Positions 13,418 to 23,285 are shown, numbered from the stretch's first letter. The stretch is 64,000 nt of DNA from an uncultured delta proteobacterium (GCA_963735595.1 CAVTLK010000005.1:864001-928000); one strand, 5' to 3'. Notes: generated by a model from the sequence alone, not told the origin. Program-made: numbers and translations.

Positions 13418-14005
13418 ATGAACCCGATAACCCATTTCTTCGCCGGGTGGCTGGCCGCCAATACGGCAGACCTCGGCCGGCGCGACCGCGCGATCGTGAC
13501 GGCGGCCTCCGTCATCCCGGATCTCGACGGCCTGGGTCTCCTGGCCGACCTCGTCTCGGGAGACACCGCGGCCGGGTACTACTGGTACACCCGCTTCCAC
13601 CACGTGCTGGGCCATAACCTCGTCTTCGGCCTGGCGGTTACCGCGGCCGCATACGCCGCCGCCCGGCGGAGATACGTGACGGCGCTGCTTTCGCTGGCCG
13701 CCTTTCACCTGCACCTGCTTGGTGACCTCGTCGGCTCAAAAGGGCCGGGAGACTCCTTCTGGACCATCCCCTATCTCTGGCCGTTCTCGGAGCGGGAGTG
13801 GCTCTGGGAAGGCCAATGGATGCTCAACGCGTGGCCCAATATCGCCGTCACGGCGGTCCTCCTTGCGCTGACGCTCTATCTTGCCTGGCGGCGGGGGTTT
13901 TCGCCGGTCGGCCTTTTTTCCGAACGGGCGGACCGGACGTTCGTAGCGGCGCTGCGCACCCGATTCGGAAAGCCTGGCAAGTCCGCCACTCCTCCCGAAA
14001 GGTAG
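13418..14005 (+). CDS. Membrane-bound metal-dependent hydrolase (YdjM-like)
   Basis: ITH, IPDLD, HHVLGHN, HLHLLGD motifs. Confidence 0.8.
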   Translation: MNPITHFFAGWLAANTADLGRRDRAIVTAASVIPDLDGLGLLADLVSGDTAAGYYWYTRFHHVLGHNLVFGLAVTAAAYAAARRRYVTALLSLAAFHLHLLGDLVGSKGPGDSFWTIPYLWPFSEREWLWEGQWMLNAWPNIAVTAVLLALTLYLAWRRGFSPVGLFSERADRTFVAALRTRFGKPGKSATPPER

Positions 14006-14296
14006 CACCCGTCTCTCAATCCGGGCCGCTTTCATGACCAGCCAAATAAAATCCACAAATGTCTGAAAAAGCTGAACGTTTTATGAAGGTGACAGTTGAT
14101 ATATTGTATATTTAATTGTTTTAGTATTTTAAGTACTATACTATTCGGGCGTAGAGTACTAATTCGAATTGCCGGGTATGCCCCCGGAGAGAGCGGTCCG
14201 TGCCGCGGGTAATACCGATGTTCGGGCATCGGCCGCCCGGTCGATCCTTGTTGGTTCGGGAAACTATCCTCATAACACTTCTATACGGAGGCGGGA

Positions 14297-14995
14297 ATGC
14301 ACATCGGCGAGAGACTGGACTTACACATGGACCCTAATCGTATGGTCCCCAACGCGTATCTCTATCAGGCTCTTGCCGCGTCACGGGAACTCCTGGGCAA
14401 CGACGGCTTTGCCGCCGTGATAAAGAGGGCGGGTGTGATCCTGCCGGTAATGGGGCAGTATCTCGACGAAAATAGCTGGCCCCCGGCGGACATGGAGCTT
14501 ACAACGCCGGCCCGGCATTTTTCCGCGATCTTCCAGGCGATCGAGGAGGTCGGCGGCGGACGCGCCCAGATGGTCAATATCGGTATCAGGACCGCCCAGA
14601 TGGGCTTTGAGGGCCTGGGGCCGGCGATGAAGGCGACGCTGTCGGTCCTCAAGAAACTCCCCGGTTTCCAATGGCGGGCCGAAACGGTCCTCAAGGCGAT
14701 GGCCGATGACCTGCTGGACGCGAGCCCGGGCGACCGGGAAAGGCAGGCTATCCGTGTCGTGACCGATAAGGAGAAAGGGGCGATCCTCTTCATCGACCGA
14801 ACGGGCGATTCGTGCCATGGGAGGAACGGGGTGCACACCCCGGTATGCCACGTATACCGCGGGGGGATCATCGGCGCGGTAAAGCTCGCCACCGGGAAAG
14901 TCGCCAGGGTCGTCGAAACGGCCTGCATGGCCGCGGGAGACAACGCCTGTGTTTTCGAGGTCGGCTTCGAAGCGGAAGAAACAGACAAGGCGTAA
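14297..14995 (+). CDS. Stand-alone V4R-domain protein
   Basis: C-terminal SCHG...PVCH..RGGI.GA....VVETACMAAGDNACVFEV; GGAGG RBS. Confidence 0.85.
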   Translation: MHIGERLDLHMDPNRMVPNAYLYQALAASRELLGNDGFAAVIKRAGVILPVMGQYLDENSWPPADMELTTPARHFSAIFQAIEEVGGGRAQMVNIGIRTAQMGFEGLGPAMKATLSVLKKLPGFQWRAETVLKAMADDLLDASPGDRERQAIRVVTDKEKGAILFIDRTGDSCHGRNGVHTPVCHVYRGGIIGAVKLATGKVARVVETACMAAGDNACVFEVGFEAEETDKA

Positions 14996-15093
14996 GGCGA
15001 TAAAGAGAGACCGTCAGGCGTCAAGATCGGCTGCTGTGCGAATTTGAAACACTGGCGAACTGCCGATCAGATTAACTTACAACGGGGGATACG

Positions 15094-15816
15094 ATGTACG
15101 ACCGCTTGCACTTCCATCAGGATCCGAACAAGATGATACTGAACGTCTACCTTCACGGTGCCCTCCTGGCCTCAAAGGAGCTTCTCGGTGACAGCGGTTT
15201 CGCGGCAGTCATCAAGCGGGCGGAGACCTACGCCCCCGGGATGACGGCCTATCTCGACGAGCGAAACTGGCCCGCAGACGATCTAAAGTTCCAGTATCCC
15301 GCCCGGCACTACAGCGCCCTGTTCCAGGCGGTGGAAGAGGTGGGCGGCGGGAGGTCTCAGCTGGTGGCGATCGGCATCGTGACGAGCAAGTTGGGTTTCG
15401 AGGGTCTCGGGCCGTCGATGAAGGCGGCTCTGGCCGTAATGAAGAGGCTGCCGGGATACCGATGGCGGGTCGAGACGATCCTTTCGGGAATGGTCCAGGA
15501 TATGCTCAATGCCGCGCCGGAGGAGAAGCGGCTCAAAGCGATCTCACTTGAGACCGATGAGGCCCGCAGGGTATTCCGCTACGTCGATCGGAGCGGCGAC
15601 ATCTGCCACGGCAGAAACGGCGCCACGGCCCCGATTTGCCACGTCTATCGGGGAGGGTTCATCGGCGCGATAAATGGCGTTACCGGCCGTGTTCCCCACG
15701 TCCTGGAGGTGATGTGCATGGCGGCCGGGGACCCTGCCTGTGTCTTCGAAATCGATTTTGAGCCGGAGGGTGGGGGTGACGAATTGAGAGAAGGCGGAGT
15801 AGAAAATCGTGAATAG
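15094..15816 (+). CDS. Stand-alone V4R-domain protein, paralog of the upstream gene
   Basis: ICHG...PICH...EVMCMAAGDPACVFEI; colinear similarity to 14297-14995. Confidence 0.85.
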   Translation: MYDRLHFHQDPNKMILNVYLHGALLASKELLGDSGFAAVIKRAETYAPGMTAYLDERNWPADDLKFQYPARHYSALFQAVEEVGGGRSQLVAIGIVTSKLGFEGLGPSMKAALAVMKRLPGYRWRVETILSGMVQDMLNAAPEEKRLKAISLETDEARRVFRYVDRSGDICHGRNGATAPICHVYRGGFIGAINGVTGRVPHVLEVMCMAAGDPACVFEIDFEPEGGGDELREGGVENRE

Positions 15817-15872
15817 ATTCCCGGAAGCGAAGCCCGACCGCTCCCCCGTCTCACGCCACAATCAAAGCACGC

Positions 15873-15905
15873 CAAAAAAAGGGAGGGAAATCAATTCCCT
15901 CCCTT
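15873..15905 (-). terminator. Intrinsic terminator of the glutamate synthase-like operon (possibly bidirectional)
   Basis: AAGGGAGGGAA / TTCCCTCCCTT stem with a 7-A run, between convergent genes. Confidence 0.8.
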
Positions 15906-15928
15906 CAAGTCCGTAGATTTTTGATCGG

Positions 15929-17506
15929 CTATCCGAAGATCTTATCTACCTCTTTTGCGTCGATATCGCTCACCAGCGGGATGCCGCTGACCCGGGACGC
16001 CTCCGGGGTGAGCGCGGCGATGTCGTTGGTGGTGATGCGGTCGATGGCAAACTTGCGCGAGCCGGCCATGAACTGGCGCAGGCCCTGGGCGAGCCGCTCG
16101 TAATAGGTGTAGAGGCCCATGGCGCCGGTCGGTATCCGGTCGTAGTCCTTCCCGAATTTTCTCTTCAGCCCCTCGGCGGTCACGAAGACCGATTCCACGT
16201 CCTTGCCGAACCGCTCGATAAAGACGGGGGCGTCGCCGCTGTTGATCGCGTTTCCGATCGTCTTTCCCACCATGGCGGCCGCCAGCGGCGCCCGTGACAT
16301 GGCGATGGCCTTGCAGTAGGGAGCGGCGAGCGATAACCCTTTGAACATCTGGTCTTCGAGGATGAACCCGCCGGCCAGCGCGATATCAGGCACATGCTGC
16401 CCTTTCTTTGCCAGGCGGTCGCAGTAGTCCCTGGTGAGCGCCCAGAGCTCGATGGTCGGGACGCCCCATTCGTTCATCATGCGCCAGGGGCTCATGCCGG
16501 TTCCGCCGCCGGCCCCGTCAACCGTCAGGTAGTCAATCTTTGCGATGGATGAGAACTTGACCGCCCGGGCAAGGTCCACCGGCCGGTAGGCGCCGGTCTT
16601 GAGCGACACGAACTTGGCGCCGGCCTTGCGAAGCTCTTCCACGCGCGCCACGAAGCTCTCCTCGTCCACCATGCCGACCCGGGAGTGCCGCTCGAACTCC
16701 GTGAATATGCCCTTCTTGAATTCCTCGATCACGGCGGGATCGAGCGGGTCGGGCAGGACGATGTAGCCCCTCTTGGCGAGGAGCTGGGCCTTCTCGAGGC
16801 TCTTGATCTTCACCTCGCCGCCGATGTCTTTTGCGCCCTGTCCCCATTTGAGCTCAACGGCGTCCACACCGAGCTTTTCTATCGCGTACTCCTGAATCTT
16901 CAGGCGGGTGTCCTCGACGTTGGCCTGTACGACGACGGCGCCGTAGCCCTTTTCCTGCCAGTCCTTGAAGAGCTTGACGCGCCGTTTTAGCTCCGGAGAA
17001 TCAACCACCCTCCCGTTTTCGATCTTCGATTCGACGTCCATCCCGCAGACGTTCTCGCCGATGGTCAGAACCGTCCCGGTTATCGCCGAGCCGATGGCAA
17101 GCCCCTCCCAGTTGATCCCGGCGACGTTCGTCGACCCGAGGCCGCCGATAACGATCGGCAGCCGGAGTTTTATACCGCCGTTATTGCCGAGCTTCGTCTC
17201 GAGGCTGACGTTCGGGAAGATCGCCTTGTCCGAATCGGCCTCTATCCCGACGGCCCCTACGGCGGTTCCCATGATGGAAAAGTGGGAAAGGTCGATGGGG
17301 TAATCCTTCTGTGAGGCCATCGTGGAGATCCCGAAGGGCTGCGGGTAGATGACCTCGTGCCCCCGGTAGGCGCTCTTGCCGATCTCGCACATTCCGATGC
17401 AGCCGTCAACGCAGGTTACGCACATACCGCTGATGGGAGACCAGTCCCCTGCCGTCCTGTTCTTTGTGAGGGTCGCGGCCGTCGCATTATATCTCGTTAG
17501 TGTCAT
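15929..17506 (-). CDS. FMN-binding glutamate synthase family protein (stand-alone synthase domain, no amidotransferase domain)
   Basis: ELKWGQGAKDIGG, TVDGAGGGTGMSP, IALAGG; N-terminal CxxCxxxCxxxC cluster motif. Confidence 0.88.
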   Translation of the reverse strand: MTLTRYNATAATLTKNRTAGDWSPISGMCVTCVDGCIGMCEIGKSAYRGHEVIYPQPFGISTMASQKDYPIDLSHFSIMGTAVGAVGIEADSDKAIFPNVSLETKLGNNGGIKLRLPIVIGGLGSTNVAGINWEGLAIGSAITGTVLTIGENVCGMDVESKIENGRVVDSPELKRRVKLFKDWQEKGYGAVVVQANVEDTRLKIQEYAIEKLGVDAVELKWGQGAKDIGGEVKIKSLEKAQLLAKRGYIVLPDPLDPAVIEEFKKGIFTEFERHSRVGMVDEESFVARVEELRKAGAKFVSLKTGAYRPVDLARAVKFSSIAKIDYLTVDGAGGGTGMSPWRMMNEWGVPTIELWALTRDYCDRLAKKGQHVPDIALAGGFILEDQMFKGLSLAAPYCKAIAMSRAPLAAAMVGKTIGNAINSGDAPVFIERFGKDVESVFVTAEGLKRKFGKDYDRIPTGAMGLYTYYERLAQGLRQFMAGSRKFAIDRITTNDIAALTPEASRVSGIPLVSDIDAKEVDKIFG

Positions 17507-17557
17507 TCTTCACTCCTCTTCTCGTATCGGTTTGTCTATGTATTTAAATTAGTTCCG

Positions 17558-18223
17558 CTAATATGCCCGGTGCCCTTTGGCGGTCACGCTCTCCGAGCAG
17601 TGTACGCAGATCTCGCAGGTCTCCACGTGAACCAGGTTCTGGCATCCCCCGCAGAGGCCGTCCTTGAGGTTTCCCGCGGTACAGGCCCGCTCGCACACGG
17701 GGCAGATCCACTCGCAACCCCCGCAGTTACGGCATTCCTGGGGTGTGACCCCGAAGGCAGTGCCGACCTTCCGTGACGTGCCGCGCCCCACGAAGCCGAT
17801 GCCGCCCGACTGCATCTGTTCCTTACAGAAACGGACGCACTGCCCGCACAGGATGCAGTTCTTATCCTTTATCGTAAAGCGGATCTTATTGACGCCGTAG
17901 TTGGCGGCCAGGTCCTGCAGTGTCTTGGAGGTAGGGCAGGTCGAGACGAGCAGCTCGATGAGGACCTTCCTGGCCTTTCTTACCCGTTCGGAATTCGTGA
18001 GGATCTCCATACCCTCTGAGGCCGGCAGCGCGCAGGAGGCCTCGAGCGTCGAGCGGCTGCCTTTTTTCATCTCGACGACGCACACCCGGCATGCCCCGTA
18101 GGGCGTGAGGCCGGGATTGTGGCAGAGAGTGGGTATTGCGATCCCGAGGTTCCGCGCGGCCTCCAGCACCGTCGTCCCTCCGGCAACTTCGGTTGGAATC
18201 CCGTCTATGCTTAGTTTAGGCAT
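17558..18223 (-). CDS. Fe-S protein resembling the NuoG/HydA N-terminal electron-transfer domain, without a catalytic domain
   Basis: IPTLCH...GACRVC...C 2Fe-2S; CILCGQCVRFC; CRNCGGCEWICP; extra Cys-rich tail; only 221 aa. Confidence 0.87.
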   Translation of the reverse strand: MPKLSIDGIPTEVAGGTTVLEAARNLGIAIPTLCHNPGLTPYGACRVCVVEMKKGSRSTLEASCALPASEGMEILTNSERVRKARKVLIELLVSTCPTSKTLQDLAANYGVNKIRFTIKDKNCILCGQCVRFCKEQMQSGGIGFVGRGTSRKVGTAFGVTPQECRNCGGCEWICPVCERACTAGNLKDGLCGGCQNLVHVETCEICVHCSESVTAKGHRAY

Positions 18224-18236
18224 TGTCTATCCTTTT

Positions 18237-20099
18237 TTATGCAACGATGACCGCATCGAATTTACAGTTTTCCCGGCAGAGGCCGCATTTAATGCACGCG
18301 CTTTGATCGACCACGTGAACTTCCTTCTTTTTACCGGTGATCGCCTTTTCGGGGCAGTTCTTGGCGCACACCATGCAGCCGGTGCATTTTTCTTTGTCGA
18401 TCGTGTAGGTGATGAGGGCCTTGCAGACCCCCGCCGGGCAGCGATGCTGCCCGATATGCGCCTCGTACTCGTCCCGGAAATACCGTATGGTAGAGAGAAC
18501 CGGGTTTCCGGCGGTGCCCCCCAGGGCACACAGGGACGTTTCCTTGATGACGTCGGCCAGCTCCTCCAGGAGCTCGATATCGCCGCTCTTTCCGTTTCCC
18601 CCGGTGATGCCGGCGAGGATGTCGTTCATCCGGTCAAGACCCTCCCTGCAGGGGAGGCACTTGCCGCACGACTCCTCGGTGAGGAAGTTCACAAAGTATT
18701 TAGCCGTATCCACCATACAGGTGGATTCGTCCATAACGATCATGCCGCCCGAGCCCATCATCGAGCCGACGCGGGAGAGCTCGTCGAAATCGACGGGCAG
18801 ATCGAGAAGGTTTTCGGGAATACACCCTCCCGACGGCCCCCCGGTCTGGACGGCCTTGAACTTCTTGCCGTTCAAGAGGCCGCCGCCGATATCGTAGATA
18901 ATCTCACGCAGCGTAATGCCCATCGGCACCTCAACGAGGCCGGTATTCCTGATCTTGCCGACCAGCGAGAATATCTTGGTGCCCTTGCTGCCGGCGGTGC
19001 CAATATCCGCGTACCATCCCGCCCCCTTGTTGATGATCAGCGGGACGTTAGCCCACGTCTCGACGTTGTTGAGGTTGGAGGGCTTATTGTGGAGCCCCTT
19101 GACGACGGTATGGATATGTTTCTGGCGGGGCTCCCCGATCTTTCCCTCCAGGGAGGCCATGAGGGCGGTGGATTCTCCGCAGACGAACGCCCCTCCGCCC
19201 CTGGCGATCACGACGTCGAAGTCGAAGCCGGAGCCGAGTATATCGGCTCCGAGCAGGCCGTATCCCCGCGCCTGATCGAGGGCAACGCGCAGGTTCTTGA
19301 CGGCCAGGGGATATTCGTGCCGCACGTAGACGTAGCCGTGCGCGCTGCCGATGGCGTACGCCCCGATGATCATGCCTTCCAGAACGCTGTGCGGGTTTCC
19401 CTCCAAGAGGCTCCTGTCCATATAGGCGCCGGGGTCCCCCTCGTCGGCGTTGCAGATGACGTAGCGGGTCCCGTTTGACGTTGGGGCATTGCGGCATGAC
19501 TCCCACTTGTCGCCCGTCGGGAAGCCTCCCCCGCCGCGGCCCCGCAGGCCCGATTCCTTTATCTCCCGGATGACCTGCTCCGGCTTCATCTCGAACAGGG
19601 CCGTGGGGAGGGCGGAATACCCGCCCAACGCGATGTAATCTTCGATACTGGTAGGATCCAGGAGGCCGTTGCTGCCGAATATGAGCCGCCGCTGTTTCTT
19701 GTAAAACGGTACGTCGTGTTCGTGCTGCACGGTTTGTCCCGAGTCCGAATCGGAATAGAGGAGACGATCGATAACGACTCCTTTACCGATGGTCTCCGTG
19801 AGTATTTCGGCAACGTCCTGTGGATTTACCCGGGTGTAGAATGTTTCCTGGGGGTGTATGGTGACAAGCGTCCCGTATTCACATAGACCGTGGCAGCCGG
19901 TGAGTTTCAGTCCGACCCGGTCGGCCATCTTCAGGCGGTCGATTTCATCGAGAAATGCGGCATGAACGAGTTCGCACCCGCACCCATGACAGCCCGTTCC
20001 GCCGCATACGCTTATCGTGGGTTTCTCTGACCGACTATCCTGCACGAGCTGTTTTTGCAGCCCTTTCAGGTCATCCGGTGATTGGAGCTTCTTTATCAT
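18237..20099 (-). CDS. NuoF/HydB-like NADH- and FMN-binding subunit
   Basis: GLRGRGGGGFPTG, CNADEGDPGAYM, GGPSGG, ESCGKCLPCREG, SLCALG, HxxxxxCPAGVC, two C-terminal 4Fe-4S motifs, N-terminal thioredoxin-like 2Fe-2S. Confidence 0.93.
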   Translation of the reverse strand: MIKKLQSPDDLKGLQKQLVQDSRSEKPTISVCGGTGCHGCGCELVHAAFLDEIDRLKMADRVGLKLTGCHGLCEYGTLVTIHPQETFYTRVNPQDVAEILTETIGKGVVIDRLLYSDSDSGQTVQHEHDVPFYKKQRRLIFGSNGLLDPTSIEDYIALGGYSALPTALFEMKPEQVIREIKESGLRGRGGGGFPTGDKWESCRNAPTSNGTRYVICNADEGDPGAYMDRSLLEGNPHSVLEGMIIGAYAIGSAHGYVYVRHEYPLAVKNLRVALDQARGYGLLGADILGSGFDFDVVIARGGGAFVCGESTALMASLEGKIGEPRQKHIHTVVKGLHNKPSNLNNVETWANVPLIINKGAGWYADIGTAGSKGTKIFSLVGKIRNTGLVEVPMGITLREIIYDIGGGLLNGKKFKAVQTGGPSGGCIPENLLDLPVDFDELSRVGSMMGSGGMIVMDESTCMVDTAKYFVNFLTEESCGKCLPCREGLDRMNDILAGITGGNGKSGDIELLEELADVIKETSLCALGGTAGNPVLSTIRYFRDEYEAHIGQHRCPAGVCKALITYTIDKEKCTGCMVCAKNCPEKAITGKKKEVHVVDQSACIKCGLCRENCKFDAVIVA

Positions 20100-20611
20100 T
20101 TTGCGGACCTCGTCGCATCCTTCCTGTATTCGTCCAGGAGCTTCTTGATTTTTCCTGAGCTCATCTTCGCGTGATATCGTCCGTCCACGACGACCACCGG
20201 GCCGAGGGCGCAGGCCCCGAGGCAGTTGACGCTTTCCAGGGAAAACAGACCATCGGCGGTGGTACTACCGTTTCCAATTCCAAGTTGCCGCTCCATTTCC
20301 TCCAGCACCGACCTTCCGCCCCTCACGTGGCAGGCCGTCCCCAGGCACACGGTTACGGTGTGTTTACCCCGGGGGGTGAGGCTGAAGGCTTTGAAGAACG
20401 TCGCAACGCCGTATACCTGGATGAGGGAAAGGTTAAGCTTGCCCGCGACCTGCTTCAGGGCCGCCTCCGGCAGGTAACGATACTGGGCCTGGATATCCTG
20501 GAGTATCGCGATGAGGTTGTCCGGCGTTGCCTCGTAGTCGCCAATAACCCGCGTTACGAAATCCGCGGTCTGGCTTGCGTCATCTGCTCTGCTCATTAGG
20601 TTTTCCGCCAT
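20096..20611 (-). CDS. NuoE/HydC-like 2Fe-2S subunit
   Basis: VYGVATFF, VCLGTACHVRG, CLGACALGP; 4-bp overlap with the next gene. Confidence 0.92.
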   Translation of the reverse strand: MAENLMSRADDASQTADFVTRVIGDYEATPDNLIAILQDIQAQYRYLPEAALKQVAGKLNLSLIQVYGVATFFKAFSLTPRGKHTVTVCLGTACHVRGGRSVLEEMERQLGIGNGSTTADGLFSLESVNCLGACALGPVVVVDGRYHAKMSSGKIKKLLDEYRKDATRSAK

Positions 20612-20853
20612 TTCGGTTTACTTATTTGAAGTGTTTTACGCGTATATCGAGCTTTGCGGTTCCTGCCTGCCGGTATATCCTATCAATTGACGATAATCAG
20701 ATTCGCGCGTGTCTGTAGAGATACCGTGCATGTCGGTCAATGGAGTTCTATGATCGGCAATCGATTGCCAATATTTCATACCGGTGACGGCCTGTCAAGA
20801 ACAAAATGCATAAGAGTATTAAATAATTACCTTATCATGACGAATTGTTGATG

Positions 20854-21045
20854 CGGTAATTATACCGTAAAAATTGATAATATCGGCAAACATGCCGTAT
20901 CATTACCGCAGTGCGAGGCGGAACGGATGAAATACGAAGGGAAACTGTCCGTTATCAGTGGGAATTCCCATAACCCGTCGCTCAAAAACGACTTAGGTAC
21001 CGGCAATACTGCCGATAATGCCCTTGACTACCGGTAAATTTTCCG
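20854..21045. promoter_or_regulatory. Cluster of 14-bp CGGYAA-N2-3-TDCCG palindromic boxes, candidate NrpR operators
   Basis: CGGTAATTATACCG (20854), CGGCAAACATGCCG (20884), CGGCAATACTGCCG (21001), CGGTAAATTTTCCG (21032); two pairs spaced 30-31 bp. Confidence 0.65.
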
Positions 21046-21059
21046 GTACCGTTATATAC

Positions 21060-22073
21060 ATGAGCGAAAAAATGGAAAAGAAGAGACTTGCAGTCCTCCG
21101 GTTTCTGGCAGATTCCGACGGCCCCCAGTCGAGCCCCGCAATCGCCGAGCATCTGACGGCCTCCGGCCATGAGATGAGCGAGAGGACGATCCGCCTCTAT
21201 CTCCAGGAACTGGATGAAGAGGCGCTCACCGAAAACCACGGCAAGCGGGGCAGGACGATCACGGAGAAGGGGAAAGCCGAGTTGGCAAATGCCCGTGTTT
21301 ACGATAAGGTGGGGTATCTGGCGGCAAAGATAGACCGGATGATGTACCGGATGACTTTCAACCTCCGGGAGAGGGCGGGCACCGTCGTTATAAACCTCAG
21401 CATCATTTCGAAAGACATGCTGGCCACCGCCGTTCCGCTTCTTTCGAGCGTCTTTCAGGCGGGTTACTCGATGGGCAGTCTCGTCGGTTTATTCGGCCCT
21501 GGAGAGCGAATCGGGGAAGTGACCATTCCACAGGACGCCGTGGGTATCGGCACGGTCTGCTCGGTTACGGTCAACGGTGTGCTGCTTTCCGAGGGGATAC
21601 CGACGGTCTCCCGGTTCGGGGGTCTCCTGGAAATCAGGAGCGGTAAATATACCCGTTTCGTGGAGCTGATCCACTACGAGGGGACGACGCTTGACCCCCT
21701 CGAGGTCTTCATCCGCAGCCGCATGACCGACTATTTCGGCGCCACGACAACCGGAAGTGGAAGGATCGGCGCGAGTTTTCGGGAGGTCCCGGCCGAGAGC
21801 CGCGCCAGCGTTATCGATATATCGGAGCGGCTGGAACAGGCCGGCTTGAGCGGTTTCATCTCAATCGGGTGGCCGGGCCAGCCCCTCATGGAGATACCCG
21901 TCGGGGACGGGAGGATCGGCATCGTCGTTATCGGGGGTCTCAATCCCGTGGCGATCCTCGAGGAAAAGGGCATCCACGTCCAATTCACCGGGGCTCTGGC
22001 GGGTTTGCTGGACTACGGAGCGCTCTACCACTACCGGGAGATGGAGGACAGGGCCGGCGCGCTGTTACGATAG
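21060..22073 (+). CDS. nrpR: Nitrogen regulator NrpR (wHTH plus NRD domain)
   Basis: MSERTIRLYLQELDEEALT...GRTITEKG wHTH; GTVVINLS, VCSVTVNGVL, GTTLDPLEVFI, GGLNPVA. Confidence 0.9.
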   Translation: MSEKMEKKRLAVLRFLADSDGPQSSPAIAEHLTASGHEMSERTIRLYLQELDEEALTENHGKRGRTITEKGKAELANARVYDKVGYLAAKIDRMMYRMTFNLRERAGTVVINLSIISKDMLATAVPLLSSVFQAGYSMGSLVGLFGPGERIGEVTIPQDAVGIGTVCSVTVNGVLLSEGIPTVSRFGGLLEIRSGKYTRFVELIHYEGTTLDPLEVFIRSRMTDYFGATTTGSGRIGASFREVPAESRASVIDISERLEQAGLSGFISIGWPGQPLMEIPVGDGRIGIVVIGGLNPVAILEEKGIHVQFTGALAGLLDYGALYHYREMEDRAGALLR

Positions 22074-22160
22074 TCAGCCGCCGTTTGGCCGGGGGATTGC
22101 TCCGGTGGCGGTCAATTGATATTGCCCATCAAGGGTAAACGGTGTCTCAGGGGAGCCAGG

Positions 22161-23285
22161 ATGACGCGTATTTACGGCGATGCGAATCTCTCACTCTTTG
22201 CAGGCCCCAAGGCGCTCGGGCTGATCAGGAACGGAGGCTTTTCGGCATCCTCTGTCACGACGATCCTCGGGGCCGCGGGCGGCCCCAAATGGCTGGTGCT
22301 GGCCGGGCTTGACCGGGCGATCTTTTTTTCGTGGCTTATCCATTCTAAGACCCCGGTCAGGCTCGTCGGCTCGTCCATTGGAGCATGGCGGTTTGCCGCC
22401 ATTGCCCAGGGCGGGCGGGCTATCGCGGCCCATGAGGCGCTCGGGGAGGCCTACATCCATCAGCGTTATGACAGGAAACCCTCTGCCCAGGATATCACGG
22501 ATGAGGCCGTCAGGATCATGGATACCTACCTCACCGACGGCAGCGCGGGGTCGATATTGGCCAACCCCCGTTTTCTCCTTTCGGTCATTACGGCCCGGGG
22601 ACGCGGGCCGTTTTCTTCGGTCAGGCGGCCAGCCGTTGCCGCGGGTATGCTGTGTGCCGGAATCGCCAACGCGCTTTCCCGCAGCAACCTGGCCCGATTC
22701 TTCGTCCGGGTCATCTTTGCCGACCCCCGAAACGGCGGGCCGATGAGCGGGGCGGCGGGCTTCGCGCAGGATCCGATACCCACCGAATCGGTCGAGCTTA
22801 CCGCGGATAACCTGCGTGGCGCCGTCCTTGCCTCAGGATCGATCCCGGTGGTCATGTCGCCGACAACCGGCATTGCCGGGGCCGCGCCGGGCCTCTATTG
22901 GGACGGCGGGCTGGTCGACTACCACGTCACGATCCCCGATTCACCGATGCGGGCCGGGGAGGGAATTGTCCTGTTTCCCCACTACGTTGACCGGATCATA
23001 CCGGGATGGTTCGATAAACACCTCCCGCGGCGCAGCCCGAAATCCTCGGCGCTTGACCGGTTGCTGCTGGTCGCCCCCTCGCGCGAGTTCGTCGGGTGTC
23101 TTCCCTACGGCAAGATACCCGACCGGGCGGACTTTAAATTATTGGCAGGCCGCGACAGGGACCGAATTGCCTATTGGGAAAAGACGGCGGCCGAAAGCGA
23201 GCGGCTGGGAGACGAGTTCCTGGAGATGGTGGAGTCCGGAAAGATCAGGGAGCGGGTAAGGCCCTTCCCGACGCCCGGGGCGTGA
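22161..23285 (+). CDS. Patatin-like phospholipase family protein
   Basis: GAAGGPKW, GSSIG nucleophile elbow, ASGSIP, DGG. Confidence 0.82.
   Translation: MTRIYGDANLSLFAGPKALGLIRNGGFSASSVTTILGAAGGPKWLVLAGLDRAIFFSWLIHSKTPVRLVGSSIGAWRFAAIAQGGRAIAAHEALGEAYIHQRYDRKPSAQDITDEAVRIMDTYLTDGSAGSILANPRFLLSVITARGRGPFSSVRRPAVAAGMLCAGIANALSRSNLARFFVRVIFADPRNGGPMSGAAGFAQDPIPTESVELTADNLRGAVLASGSIPVVMSPTTGIAGAAPGLYWDGGLVDYHVTIPDSPMRAGEGIVLFPHYVDRIIPGWFDKHLPRRSPKSSALDRLLLVAPSREFVGCLPYGKIPDRADFKLLAGRDRDRIAYWEKTAAESERLGDEFLEMVESGKIRERVRPFPTPGA

Noticed and set aside
17558..20611. [FeFe]-hydrogenase, formate dehydrogenase or complex I operon
   Set aside because: No H-cluster or molybdopterin domain and no membrane nuo genes; the third subunit is only 221 aa.
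20755..20771. Sigma-54 promoter for the nuoE-like operon
   Set aside because: GG to GC spacing is 9 rather than 10; better read as a palindromic operator.
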